This document shows positions 29,805 to 38,983 of a stretch of DNA of 64,000 nucleotides, piece after piece. Source of the stretch: a virus (lineage: Duplodnaviria; Caudoviricetes); IMG/VR virus record IMGVR_UViG_642918914_000001, positions 128,001 through 192,000 of that record; one strand, 5' to 3'. The translations under genes were made by a program, and so were the position numbers. Numbering within the stretch: position 1 is the stretch's first letter; every line of letters starts with the position of its first letter. Below the pieces are notes generated by a model. The model ran no database searches. It was given only the letters and a program-made list of their open reading frames with translations, and was not told the DNA's origin.

Positions 29805-31277
29805 TTACTCGTCATCATCGCCGAAATCGTCATCATCGTCTTCGTCGGCCGGACGCTTCTTCGAAGACTTCTTGGCGGCGGGTTTGGACTTGCCCTTCTT
29901 GGCCTTGGGCGCCTCCTCTTCCTCGTCTTCATCTTCGTCATCGTCGTCGCCGAAGTCGTCATCGTCGTCTTCGTCAACCGGCTTCTTGCTGGTCTTCTTG
30001 GCGGGCTTGGTCGTCTTCTTGGCCGGTGCCTTGCGCTTGGCCTTGGGCTCGTCGTCTTCGTCCTCGTCCTCGTCTTCGTCGTCGGCATCATCGTCGCCGT
30101 CTTCGTCGTCTTCGTCGTCAGACCAAGGCGCAGACTTGCCGCCCTTCTTGGCGGGCTTGCCCTTGCCCTTCTTGGGCTCGTCGTCTTCGTCGTCGAAGTC
30201 GTCGTCATCTTCGTCGTCCGAATCCGAGTCCTCATCGTCCTCGTCATCATCTTCCGAATCGTCGTCTTCGTCCTCGTCGTCCTCGTCGGCCTTGCGCTTG
30301 GACTTGGCGGGAGCCTTCTTGCCCTTCTTGGCGGGCGGCTCATCGTCTTCGTCCTCGTCGTCGCCGTCATCGTCGTCGAAGTCTTCATCCTCGTCTTCGT
30401 CGCGAGCCGGTTTCTTGGCGGCCTTGCCCTTCTTGGACTTCGGAGCTTCGTCCTCGTCTTCTTCCTCGAAGTCCTCGTCGCTGCGCTTCTTGCCGCCCTT
30501 CAGCTTGATGCCGTTGCGCTTGGCCCACGAGGCGAAGTCGGCCTTCACTTCTTCTTCGGTCTGCTCGCTGGCCAGTTCCGACAGATCCCACTTGAGGTAC
30601 GCCAGCTCTTCTTCAGTGAGCGGGGTTTGGCCGTTGGGACCCGGCTGGATGGTGTACTGGTTGGCGGGGGACTCGTCCGGATCGTGCATGATGCGGATGT
30701 CCATGCCGAACTTCGGGTGGCTGAGGCTGTACGACTTGGTGCCGCCCTTGCCGTCGACCGTGTTCAGGCCCTTCATCTTCTGGATCTTGGCCACCACACC
30801 TGCGGGCAGGCGCAGCGCCACGACCGGCGTCCACGTGTCGCTGTCCTTGTCCTTGTAGCCCGTCTTGCGTTCGCTGCTGGTGGGCTTGGACTTGCGTGCC
30901 GGCTCCTTCTTCTGCTCGCTGCGCATGATGGCGTTGATGTAGAAGTGAGTGGCCACTTGGATGTTGCGATCCTTCTGGTCCACGCCGCGTTCGGCTTGGT
31001 ACAGATCACGCCACGGGTCGTACTTCGTGCTGTCGAACTCTTGAGTGTCCGGAGAATACGACGGGCTGTTGACCGAGAAGTTGGTCGTGCCTTTGCCGTC
31101 TTTCTTCTTGGTCTTGACCCAGTACGTGCAGTAGCTGAACGTCGGGCCAAACAGGCGAAGCGTGACCCACTTCTTGGCGGGCAGCTTCATGATGTTGACC
31201 TTGTCCGACGGGCGAATACGCTCCGCACGGTTGTTGGTCTTGACCGAATCGAAATCGGCGCCTTGTTGCTTTGCCAT
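29805..31277 (-). CDS. single-stranded DNA-binding protein (gp32-like) with ~230-aa acidic/basic tail
   Basis: VTLRLF, FYINAIMR, G.DIRI…QYTI OB-fold pattern; acidic C-terminus; adjacent to recA. Confidence 0.7.
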   Translation of the reverse strand: MAKQQGADFDSVKTNNRAERIRPSDKVNIMKLPAKKWVTLRLFGPTFSYCTYWVKTKKKDGKGTTNFSVNSPSYSPDTQEFDSTKYDPWRDLYQAERGVDQKDRNIQVATHFYINAIMRSEQKKEPARKSKPTSSERKTGYKDKDSDTWTPVVALRLPAGVVAKIQKMKGLNTVDGKGGTKSYSLSHPKFGMDIRIMHDPDESPANQYTIQPGPNGQTPLTEEELAYLKWDLSELASEQTEEEVKADFASWAKRNGIKLKGGKKRSDEDFEEEDEDEAPKSKKGKAAKKPARDEDEDEDFDDDDGDDEDEDDEPPAKKGKKAPAKSKRKADEDDEDEDDDSEDDDEDDEDSDSDDEDDDDFDDEDDEPKKGKGKPAKKGGKSAPWSDDEDDEDGDDDADDEDEDEDEDDEPKAKRKAPAKKTTKPAKKTSKKPVDEDDDDDFGDDDDEDEDEEEEAPKAKKGKSKPAAKKSSKKRPADEDDDDDFGDDDE

Positions 31278-31344
31278 CGGTATAATCTCCGAGTTGGTTG
31301 ATTGACGATGATGGTTTGTTATAGGCCAACGGCCCGGGACCCAC

Positions 31345-31354
31345 TATTTACTGC
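31345..31354 (-). promoter_or_regulatory. GCAGTAAATA putative phage promoter
   Basis: Recurrent motif, here ~70 nt upstream of the SSB start. Confidence 0.6.
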
Positions 31355-31773
31355 GGACTGCTTTCTTGAGACACGCGCTGCGCAAATGCCTGAGCGGCAC
31401 GCTCCTTGTGTACTTGCGCATCCACGTCATGGATGGTGGTCAACGCACGAGTCAACCCTTGGACCACCTTGACGACAGTAGCTCGCACCTGCGCGTCGTC
31501 GTAGCTGAGGGCAGTGGTGAGAAGCGTTACCGTGTTCTGGATGAGGTTCTGCTGGTGTACGCTGCGCTCGCTGCTACGTTGGTCCATCTGCTCGATAAGC
31601 AGTTGGCTGATTGCAGCCCACGGCGCGTCGTTCTGCAGCATGTTGAACATCTGCTCAGCCTGTCGTGCGCGCAGCGCGTAGTCCGACATCTGGCTTTGAA
31701 GACTGGCAACAGACATGCGAAGGCTTGCCAGTTCCATATCTGGTGCTTGAACCGCTACTGAGGATTGATCCAT
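31348..31773 (-). CDS. hypothetical protein
   Basis: 141-aa helical ORF. Confidence 0.6.
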   Translation of the reverse strand: MDQSSVAVQAPDMELASLRMSVASLQSQMSDYALRARQAEQMFNMLQNDAPWAAISQLLIEQMDQRSSERSVHQQNLIQNTVTLLTTALSYDDAQVRATVVKVVQGLTRALTTIHDVDAQVHKERAAQAFAQRVSQESSPQ

Positions 31774-31774
31774 G

Positions 31775-32749
31775 TCAGTGATTCCAGGTGAAGCGCTTCA
31801 GCGTTTTGATTTGGTCATTAGTGACGAACTCGGGAATACCCAAGGTCGCACGCAGATACCCATGGACGTCTACCTGACGAGAGATGTACGCCACGTGTTG
31901 AATGAGTTCGCCTTCAAGGTTGGGCATGACGGTGCCCAACACATCGTCGATCGAGTCGCCATACTGTTCGTGCAGTGCCTCGATCGACGGATCCATCTGC
32001 GTACGCGCCAGCGCCGCCACTTCAGCACGCGCCGACTTGAACCAACTGAGGATGAAAGTGGTGAGCACGCCCTGTCGCGCATTGCAGCGATCGATGGCCT
32101 TAGACACGGTCATAAGATAGATCTGCACCACGTCGTCCAATCGCACGCTGTGCTTGATGTCGCGATACATGAGTCGTGCATGATTCAGCGCCAGTCGCGT
32201 GTACTTCTGGATGATCAGCTCTTTGAACCAACAAGCCTTATCAGTCCAGTGGCGGACTTGCTGAATGACCGCGTACAGGCTGGCGCCGGTACGCAACCCA
32301 AGCTGACGCTCAATCTGGTAGATACGAGACTGGCGAACGATTGGGTCCATGTCCGAGATTTTGTGCAGCGATTCGTATTCTTGTACCTGACTGAGAAACA
32401 GGGAGAGGAATCCGAACAGCAGGCCGCGATTAAGCGACATTGCACGTGCGTGCGTGTTGGCACGCTTTGGGACGGGGTCGGTCACGAGATTGAAGAGGTG
32501 CACAGGCAGTCGCTGCCGGTCATCCGAGGTGAATTTTGTGCTGGCCTTCAGCGTCTGCGCACCGACTACTTGCGCCACATAGTTGTGGAACAGGTGCGGC
32601 AGCTCCGCATGAATAGGATCCAGCGCAGACCACAGGAACAGGTCAAGGGTCTGGAGATACTGCAGACTGGTCAGATTGTCGACGATCTTCTCTTCGGTGG
32701 CCTTCAATTTCTCGAAAGCAACAGAATGTGTGTAACCGGAGGCTGCCAT
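31775..32749 (-). CDS. sigma-70-family RNA polymerase sigma factor (region 2)
   Basis: ELIIQKYTRLALNHAR…DDVVQ….VSKAIDRCNARQGVLTTFILSWFK aligns with sigma70 regions 2.1-2.4. Confidence 0.7.
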   Translation of the reverse strand: MAASGYTHSVAFEKLKATEEKIVDNLTSLQYLQTLDLFLWSALDPIHAELPHLFHNYVAQVVGAQTLKASTKFTSDDRQRLPVHLFNLVTDPVPKRANTHARAMSLNRGLLFGFLSLFLSQVQEYESLHKISDMDPIVRQSRIYQIERQLGLRTGASLYAVIQQVRHWTDKACWFKELIIQKYTRLALNHARLMYRDIKHSVRLDDVVQIYLMTVSKAIDRCNARQGVLTTFILSWFKSARAEVAALARTQMDPSIEALHEQYGDSIDDVLGTVMPNLEGELIQHVAYISRQVDVHGYLRATLGIPEFVTNDQIKTLKRFTWNH

Positions 32750-32799
32750 GATGAGTTGGGTAGGTTGGGATCGTCGCCAATCCGCGTTGCTCAGTGTTG

Positions 32800-33102
32800 C
32801 TAGTCTTCTGCGTACTGCTGGCCGGTGTTCTCCGGCTTAAGAATGACAGGAGGTCCTTCCGTGGTCACGGACCGGGCTTCTGCCACTCGCTGTGCCTTGC
32901 GGAACAGAGCGAGAGGCGACAACTCCATCATGGTGAGAGACGTCACGATGAAGTTGTGAAGCTTGTCCAACTGCTCTTCGTCTATGGAGCCTGTACGCAG
33001 TGCGTGTAGTGCCCCGAGGGCACCTTTCTTGTAGGCGTCGACCACAGCCTTCTGCTCGGCCATTTGGTCGACCACCTGGACACGGCGTGATTGCTTGCGC
33101 AT
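32800..33102 (-). CDS. hypothetical protein
   Basis: 100-aa ORF. Confidence 0.6.
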   Translation of the reverse strand: MRKQSRRVQVVDQMAEQKAVVDAYKKGALGALHALRTGSIDEEQLDKLHNFIVTSLTMMELSPLALFRKAQRVAEARSVTTEGPPVILKPENTGQQYAED

Positions 33103-33104
33103 GA

Positions 33105-33536
33105 TTACTTCTTCTTCGGTGCCGGAAGCTTGGGCTTGATCTTGGTGTAGAGCGCGAGCACATGCTTACAGCACATTACCTTGAGTTGAGGATTGGTAGT
33201 CGTTGGCAGATCGCCGTTCGAGTACTCGATTTCAGCCGCTCCCTTGGACGTCAACGCTACTTCCCAGCGATAGAGCATGTCGGCGCAAGAACAGCTGACA
33301 TGCACGTGAAGCTGCTGGTCGAGGAACGTGATGACTGTGACGTACTTGTGTGGATTGGGATTGACATGCGGACGCCCGTCCTGCCCAACGATGTGCGTGC
33401 TGTAGCTGGCGCCCGCAATGAATCCGCGTCCGAGACTATCGAACCCCTTCTTCAGGTCGATGAAACGGACGTAGCGACTTCCTTCCACACGAAGACGATT
33501 GGTCTTCTTTACGATTTGATGAATGGTCAATGGCAT
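33105..33536 (-). CDS. SWIM zinc-finger protein
   Basis: VSCSCAD…CCKHVLA; GGAGG RBS. Confidence 0.7.
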   Translation of the reverse strand: MPLTIHQIVKKTNRLRVEGSRYVRFIDLKKGFDSLGRGFIAGASYSTHIVGQDGRPHVNPNPHKYVTVITFLDQQLHVHVSCSCADMLYRWEVALTSKGAAEIEYSNGDLPTTTNPQLKVMCCKHVLALYTKIKPKLPAPKKK

Positions 33537-33724
33537 AGAGCACCTCCTGCCATGTCAAATTCACCACATGAAGCTAGGCGAGAACTGTGGGAACGCACGC
33601 TGCGCAATGCGCCGCATGCGACGAGCGACCCGCCGCTGTTCCGGAGTCATAATCATATCGCGGAATTGCCATCGATGCGAGTGCACGCAGTTGGCTGCCC
33701 GGATTCGGCGATGCCGACGTTGTT

Positions 33725-33841
33725 TCATAGCGACTCCCACCAATAGGCAACGAAGTAGATTTCGGTGCCCAAGCCGATTAAGAGGGTGACGACAAGCATC
33801 ACCAACACCGTCCAGCTTTTGATTTGATCAGTCAGGCTCAT
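33725..33841 (-). CDS. small single-TM membrane protein
   Basis: 38-aa MSLTDQIKSWTVLVMLVVTLLIGLG…; its stop overlaps the next ATG. Confidence 0.45.
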   Translation of the reverse strand: MSLTDQIKSWTVLVMLVVTLLIGLGTEIYFVAYWWESL

Positions 33842-33843
33842 GG

Positions 33844-34374
33844 CTAATGTGCGTTGGGGTTATGCTGCGTGTGGTACGCAACGATTCCATTGGACCGCCA
33901 CATCTCGACGACATCCAAGGTGTCGTCAAACGCCATGAAGATTTGCTTCGGGTCTAGCCCCAGCCGCATAACGCGATCCCACTTGTATTCGCGGTCAGGC
34001 ACACGATTGGGCTCTATGTAGTCCTTCGTGCGCATCAGCAACTGATGGTCGTGGATGTCGGCGCCCACCCACTGACGCAACTGGTCCAGCGTTTGCTGAC
34101 GATATCGCTTGTCGTCACGGCGCGACGTGATGAACAGCAGGTGGAACTGCGGATCGAAGTAGAAGGCACGGTACACGAAGACGCCCTGCGGAATGGGCAG
34201 GTCTTCGTGCACCCGGCTGAAGTACTTATCGTACTCGCCGCTGAAGTAATACTTGGCACGGCTGCTCGAGTCAACGAGGCAGCCGTCGATGTCGCAGATC
34301 ACATACTTCTTGTCACTGAACACCGGAATCTCCAGTTGATCAGCGAACTCGATGCTTGAGGTAAGGAAAGACAT
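33844..34374 (-). CDS. HAD-family phosphatase (PNK 3'-phosphatase-like)
   Basis: ICDIDGCL, ITSR, LLMR, K, AFDD…VVEMWR. Confidence 0.85.
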   Translation of the reverse strand: MSFLTSSIEFADQLEIPVFSDKKYVICDIDGCLVDSSSRAKYYFSGEYDKYFSRVHEDLPIPQGVFVYRAFYFDPQFHLLFITSRRDDKRYRQQTLDQLRQWVGADIHDHQLLMRTKDYIEPNRVPDREYKWDRVMRLGLDPKQIFMAFDDTLDVVEMWRSNGIVAYHTQHNPNAH

Positions 34375-34401
34375 GCGGAACCTCTTAGGGTAGTTGTTGA
34401 A

Positions 34402-35100
34402 TCAGTCTTGGCCCATGCCCATTTGCACGGCCTTCATGCGCAGCTCCAGGAGCTTGGCGATCTCTGCGCGCTTGGCCGCACGCTTTTCCAGCAGCAAGGC
34501 GAAGTAGAAGATGGCGTCGCGCAGCGTTTCGTCCAGGCTCTCTGTGGAGTCCGGGTCTTCGTCCACGTTGAACACGTCGTACTTGCGCAGCTCGCACTGA
34601 GCTTCGAGCCGGTCGATCTTGCGCCAGATGGTGAAGAACGCGCCCGGTCCCAGACGGCGGCACCAGCTTGCGCCATACTCGCTGTCCTTCTTGATGCCAA
34701 CGGCCACCAACTGATCAAAGATTTCGCGGATGGACTCGAAGTTCGTGTGCGGGATATCGCGGTCGTTGAAGTTGAGCGACGCGATAGCCACACGACGAGA
34801 TTCGTCCTTCACCATGGCAAGCACTTCGGACGCAGGCATGATGTAGGGCTTGTCGGACGGCGCTTCCATCTTTCCGAGGACTTCACGCGCCGACGGGCTG
34901 GCCGCATTCAGCTCTTTGATCGTAGGCTGCGGATTGATGTTGAACGTGCCGTGCGCGCAATCGGCGGTGGGCGTCTTGGTGACCGGGTTGTCCGTCCAAC
35001 CGGGCGTGTACGGGGTGGTGTCTTTCTTGTCCATAAGCGTTGGGCTCGTCTCGTTGGGTTTGTGGCCGTTGGGCGTTAGGAAGTACGCGTCGTGGTCCAT
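34402..35100 (-). CDS. nucleotide-modification-associated helical domain (Nmad1/DUF1599-like)
   Basis: KKDSEYGASW…RKIDRLE…ESLDETLRDAIFY. Confidence 0.7.
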   Translation of the reverse strand: MDHDAYFLTPNGHKPNETSPTLMDKKDTTPYTPGWTDNPVTKTPTADCAHGTFNINPQPTIKELNAASPSAREVLGKMEAPSDKPYIMPASEVLAMVKDESRRVAIASLNFNDRDIPHTNFESIREIFDQLVAVGIKKDSEYGASWCRRLGPGAFFTIWRKIDRLEAQCELRKYDVFNVDEDPDSTESLDETLRDAIFYFALLLEKRAAKRAEIAKLLELRMKAVQMGMGQD

Positions 35101-35103
35101 GGC

Positions 35104-36222
35104 TTAGAGAACTTGCGGAGGAACCGGCAGCTTGGCCTTCTCCGCCAGCTTTGCAGCACGACGATACAGCCAGTTCTTGCCAGCGAACAGCCAGTCGTTG
35201 CTGGTGTCGATCTCGTGGATGAACTCGTTGTCTTCGGTAGTCAGCACTTCCAGCGCTTCGTCGATCTTGCCTTCCTTGTACAGGTTGTAGGCATGGGCCA
35301 TGGGCGCAGCCACATAGCGGATGAACGGCACCTGATAGTGCTCCAGCGCCACTTGGCGATAGTTGTCCACCAGATGCGCGACTTCTTCGTCGAAGAGCGG
35401 ATCGTCCGACCCCATTTCCATCGGCGCTGCATTGCGCGACGCATACACGTCCGGTCCCTTGCGCAGCACAGGTTGCACACCATACGTGGTGTCCACGATG
35501 AAGCGCTTGGTGATGTCGAACTCCAGATACACGTGCAGATTGTTCGACACTTGGTAGTAGTGGCCGAGTGGCAGGCCACATTTCTCGGCGACGTATTCGT
35601 GCAGCATCGAGAAGTGCACGACGTTGGCGCCGTAGCAGCCCCAGATCATGTCGTTGCTGCGGTTGGTGACCGTCATGTTGAGCTTGCCCAACTGCGCGTC
35701 GAACATCACGCTCGTGTTGCACGGCAGGTCCTTCGACCCTTGGTTCAGCAGGTCGGATTCGCGCCGCACTGCCCACGAGTCCTCGCGGCTATAGAATTCT
35801 CGGCTAGCGTCCCACATCTGCAGAACGCAGCGGCGGCTTGCCGGGTTCTTCTTCAGCTCGTCGATGATGGCGTTCAGCTGATCGTAGCCGAAGTGCTGGC
35901 GCCAGCGGAAGCCGTAGGCACCATTCAGCGTGCTGCCGTCATCGGTGTATTCCAGCATCTGCTTGGCGTAGTACGACGCGAACTCCACGTCGTTGCGCCC
36001 GGCCAGCATCCACAAGGCTTCCATCAGGTGCAGGAACGGATTGGCATCACGCACTGCGTCGAACGACACGCGCTGGCGCGGATGCGTGTACACCGAAGTG
36101 ACCGGCGTTGGGAAGCGAATGACCGGACCGTTGCGGCTGTCCGTCTTCAGGCCAACGGTGCAGATGGTTTCCAGACCCGAGTACAGGCCCTGATCGGGAT
36201 TGACGACGTGTAGGACTTTCAT
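35104..36222 (-). CDS. thymidylate synthase-family enzyme, probable dUMP hydroxymethylase
   Basis: SRNG, NPFLHLMEALW, GAYGFRW, SRR, DLPCN, RSND…GAN, NLHVY. Asn at the substrate-specificity position indicates dUMP. Confidence 0.85.
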   Translation of the reverse strand: MKVLHVVNPDQGLYSGLETICTVGLKTDSRNGPVIRFPTPVTSVYTHPRQRVSFDAVRDANPFLHLMEALWMLAGRNDVEFASYYAKQMLEYTDDGSTLNGAYGFRWRQHFGYDQLNAIIDELKKNPASRRCVLQMWDASREFYSREDSWAVRRESDLLNQGSKDLPCNTSVMFDAQLGKLNMTVTNRSNDMIWGCYGANVVHFSMLHEYVAEKCGLPLGHYYQVSNNLHVYLEFDITKRFIVDTTYGVQPVLRKGPDVYASRNAAPMEMGSDDPLFDEEVAHLVDNYRQVALEHYQVPFIRYVAAPMAHAYNLYKEGKIDEALEVLTTEDNEFIHEIDTSNDWLFAGKNWLYRRAAKLAEKAKLPVPPQVL

Positions 36223-36257
36223 GGTTTGGGTTGTTTGGTTGCGTTGTACACTAGGCT

Positions 36258-36267
36258 TATTTACTAG
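36258..36267 (-). promoter_or_regulatory. CTAGTAAATA putative phage promoter
   Basis: Motif ~36 nt upstream of the TS-family gene. Confidence 0.55.
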
Positions 36268-37274
36268 CCGCCGTTGTAACGATTCTTCATCCGGCTGGTG
36301 TCGCCATCCAGAATAGACCGCACCATCTTGCTCGTCTCGCAATGGCAATTGCTGTAGTTGGGCATGGAAATGGTGGCAAAGCCGGTCCACGGGTCTTCAG
36401 TCCAATACTTAGCGGGCACTTTGGCCTTGACCGCAGCGTTCACCAGATCACGCGTGCGGATCATCGGCTCATTCAACTTGTCGCCCTTGTACACCGCCTG
36501 CATGTGGCCATTCAGCAGCCAGTTCATGCCCTTGGTGGTGCCGGGACCAGGACTGGTGAACGTGTTGAGGTCAGGGGCGCGGCCCAACCACTTCTTGCTG
36601 TAGGACAGATCGACCAGCACTTGATTGGACATGAACGCGCCCCAGCCATGGAACGACGTGAGCGCCGCCAGACTGTCCACCATCGTAGTTTTGAAGACGT
36701 GTCGCACTTCCTTGCGTCGTTCCCAAAGCGGAGCCAGCCCAACAAATGGGATGTACTCGGCCTTCGAGCCTTCGCGCTTCGGATAGCGTGGCGGGAACAC
36801 CGAGTTGACGATGTATGCGCCGGTGATCAGCTTGTTGCCAGCTTCCTTGTAGCGAACGAGCGACTGGTAGACACGTTCTGTGTTCCAGGTTTTCACAGGC
36901 CACACGCCGTCGTCCATCAGCCGCTGCAGCGTTGGAGGCCAGTTGATGAGACGTGCCGCGCACAGCATGAACCACAGATCCGGATGGTCTTCGTACGGCT
37001 TGACGATATTGTCCACGATCCACGTGGTGCCGGGGTCCAGCTCACGATAGATGTTGGTGAACTTGGAAGCGCGCAGTACCGGGTCCGTGGTCCATGGCTT
37101 GGGCAAACCCTTCTGCCGCTTCAGGAAGATCTTGTGGCGCTCGATGATGAAGTCGGCCATGGCGTCCACGCGCTCTTCTTCCGTGCGAAGAACGCGCGGA
37201 TCGAACAAGAACTTGGCAGGCGCCTCTTCCGCCGACGCAAACAACTGCCCTTGACGCGCATCACGCTTTGCCAT
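36264..37274 (-). CDS. aGPT-Pplase1 / amino acid:DNA transferase (thymidine hypermodification)
   Basis: ERHKIFLKR…PWTTDPVL…KFTNIYRELD.GT, TGAYI, GWGAFM..Q…D, GPGT..G. Confidence 0.85.
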   Translation of the reverse strand: MAKRDARQGQLFASAEEAPAKFLFDPRVLRTEEERVDAMADFIIERHKIFLKRQKGLPKPWTTDPVLRASKFTNIYRELDPGTTWIVDNIVKPYEDHPDLWFMLCAARLINWPPTLQRLMDDGVWPVKTWNTERVYQSLVRYKEAGNKLITGAYIVNSVFPPRYPKREGSKAEYIPFVGLAPLWERRKEVRHVFKTTMVDSLAALTSFHGWGAFMSNQVLVDLSYSKKWLGRAPDLNTFTSPGPGTTKGMNWLLNGHMQAVYKGDKLNEPMIRTRDLVNAAVKAKVPAKYWTEDPWTGFATISMPNYSNCHCETSKMVRSILDGDTSRMKNRYNGG

Positions 37275-38088
37275 TCTGCTTCTCCAGTTGACGTTCAGCG
37301 GCCTCGGCACGATGGCGCCAGTACATGCACTGCTGACCGAGAGTGAAATTCCGCGGGTCCAGTTCCGCATTGTAGTGCGACAGTCCGGCGGCGCCAATGG
37401 CCATCGCATCTACGATATCTGCGTGCACGGTAAGTGCGGGCAGCACGCCTTCCATCTTGTAGCCGAACAGGTGGAAGTCGCGTTGGTAGATGTGATTCAC
37501 AAGCTGAAGCGTGTTGCGCGACAGATCGTCCATCGTAAGGCGGCGCCCGGTGTCGTACTTGGTCTGGTCCTTCGAGTGGCCCAGCCCTTCGAGCGAAGCA
37601 TCAAGGCCCAGTCGCTGACGAACATACGCCCAATCCGCCGCCAGATTCTCGTAGCGGCCGATGTAGGACGCGAACAGCTCGTTGTTCTTGTAGAAGAAGT
37701 AGTGCTGCGGACAGAAGTGGGTGTAGCGCCAGTCGAAACGCACGTTGGACGGGGTGAGATTGCGCGCAGCCCACTCGTTGAAGTCGGTGTCCGGGTCCAG
37801 CGCATGCTGGCGCTTGTGCTCGGCCCAAGCGCTGAACAGACGGTCGTAGGGGTTGCGCACAAACCCGAACTTGAAGAAGTTGCGGAACGTACGCTCAGGC
37901 CACACCGCCGGAATGTCGCCAACGCACACGTGGAACAGTTCAACCACACGCTCCAGCGCAGGCACGTATTCCTGATACGCGAGGCGATGGGGGTTGTCGT
38001 CGTATGCGAACAGCTGACGACGAATGCTGGTCCCTGCGACCTTCGGGTTGTGCAGGAACATGAAGCCGCGTTGGTTATTGATAATCAT
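37261..38088 (-). CDS. sulfotransferase family 2 (carbohydrate sulfotransferase-like)
   Basis: 5'-PSB FLHNPKVAGTSI, 3'-PB FVRNPYDRLFSAW, HFCPQ, IGRYENL..DW, Y..DF.LFGY. Confidence 0.9.
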   Translation of the reverse strand: MIINNQRGFMFLHNPKVAGTSIRRQLFAYDDNPHRLAYQEYVPALERVVELFHVCVGDIPAVWPERTFRNFFKFGFVRNPYDRLFSAWAEHKRQHALDPDTDFNEWAARNLTPSNVRFDWRYTHFCPQHYFFYKNNELFASYIGRYENLAADWAYVRQRLGLDASLEGLGHSKDQTKYDTGRRLTMDDLSRNTLQLVNHIYQRDFHLFGYKMEGVLPALTVHADIVDAMAIGAAGLSHYNAELDPRNFTLGQQCMYWRHRAEAAERQLEKQNGKA

Positions 38089-38983
38089 TGAGCAGGTCTC
38101 GGAGGTATTGTTTGTCACGACCTTGGAACGCGAGCTCTGCGGTCAGCAGCTTGCGGCCCTTGGCCTTGAACAGTTCGTAACGGGGAGCGTCAAGGAACAG
38201 GCTGGGCGCGCTCATAAAGTCCACGCGCAGGAACGATGCGACGTGCTGCGCCTGCTTGCCTCGACGGATGAGTCCAGGGAACATCACCATCTGGCGCAGG
38301 AACGAATCCCACACCTGCTTTACTTTACGTTCGCGCCCGGCACCCGACTTGTCGGCAGGGTCGAACGTGGTGTTCCACAGCAGACCGTAGTCCACGACCG
38401 ACGTATGGCCATTGCAAAGCACTGCCAGATTGTGGACGGTGTCAATGCCCCACAGGTCACGCGTAGCGCCGCGGTCAATCACATTGAGCAGCACATCTAC
38501 GTCGTAGCCTGCAACGTTCGTGCACTTGTGATTGATGCGCTGGGCACCCCATCGCGCCATCACGTTCTTGTGCATGAAGTAGGGACCGGCGCCCACTAGC
38601 GAATTGCCAGCCGCGAACAGACGGGGCGCAGTCTTGAGGAACCAGCGATCAGCAGCCGTGCGGTCCTTGGTGGCACCAACGAACGACCCATCTTTCTGGC
38701 GACCGTAGAACAGCAGGTCGTCCTCAATCACCATCGCCCAGCGTCCGCCCTGCTTCTGATGATGTGCGTACACACCATATCGCTTGTTGGGCAGCAGCGT
38801 GTCGTTTGGCGTGGGAAGGAAGTCCACGTGCTTGGCGTAGGGCTGACGCTTGTGTTCACGCAGCTCGTCCTTCGGACACACAACAGTCACGTGCTGCAGG
38901 ACAGCGGGCGATAGGTAGGACAGCGTCTTCTGCCGTCCCAGTCGCCCCTTGGTCAGCAGGTAGATGTGATATCGCTTATCCAT
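38075..38983 (-). CDS. TAGT/GREB1-like GT-A glycosyltransferase
   Basis: IYLLTKGR, VIEDDL; paralogous to its neighbours. Confidence 0.7.
   Translation of the reverse strand: MDKRYHIYLLTKGRLGRQKTLSYLSPAVLQHVTVVCPKDELREHKRQPYAKHVDFLPTPNDTLLPNKRYGVYAHHQKQGGRWAMVIEDDLLFYGRQKDGSFVGATKDRTAADRWFLKTAPRLFAAGNSLVGAGPYFMHKNVMARWGAQRINHKCTNVAGYDVDVLLNVIDRGATRDLWGIDTVHNLAVLCNGHTSVVDYGLLWNTTFDPADKSGAGRERKVKQVWDSFLRQMVMFPGLIRRGKQAQHVASFLRVDFMSAPSLFLDAPRYELFKAKGRKLLTAELAFQGRDKQYLRDLLNDYQ

Noticed and set aside
29805-30520. Repetitive TCGTCG/TCTTCG tract as a CRISPR or satellite repeat
   Set aside because: It is coding low complexity with no constant repeat/unique spacer structure. No CRISPR array was seen in the window.
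29442-31301. Long + strand ORFs, including a poly-Ser 358-aa ORF
   Set aside because: Antisense shadows of the GAC/GAA/GAG-rich SSB tail; no RBS or protein motifs.
35104-36222. dCMP hydroxymethylase or plain ThyA
   Set aside because: Asn rather than Asp at the specificity position argues against dCMP. The adjacent aGPT-Pplase favours hydroxymethylase over ThyA, though this is not proven.
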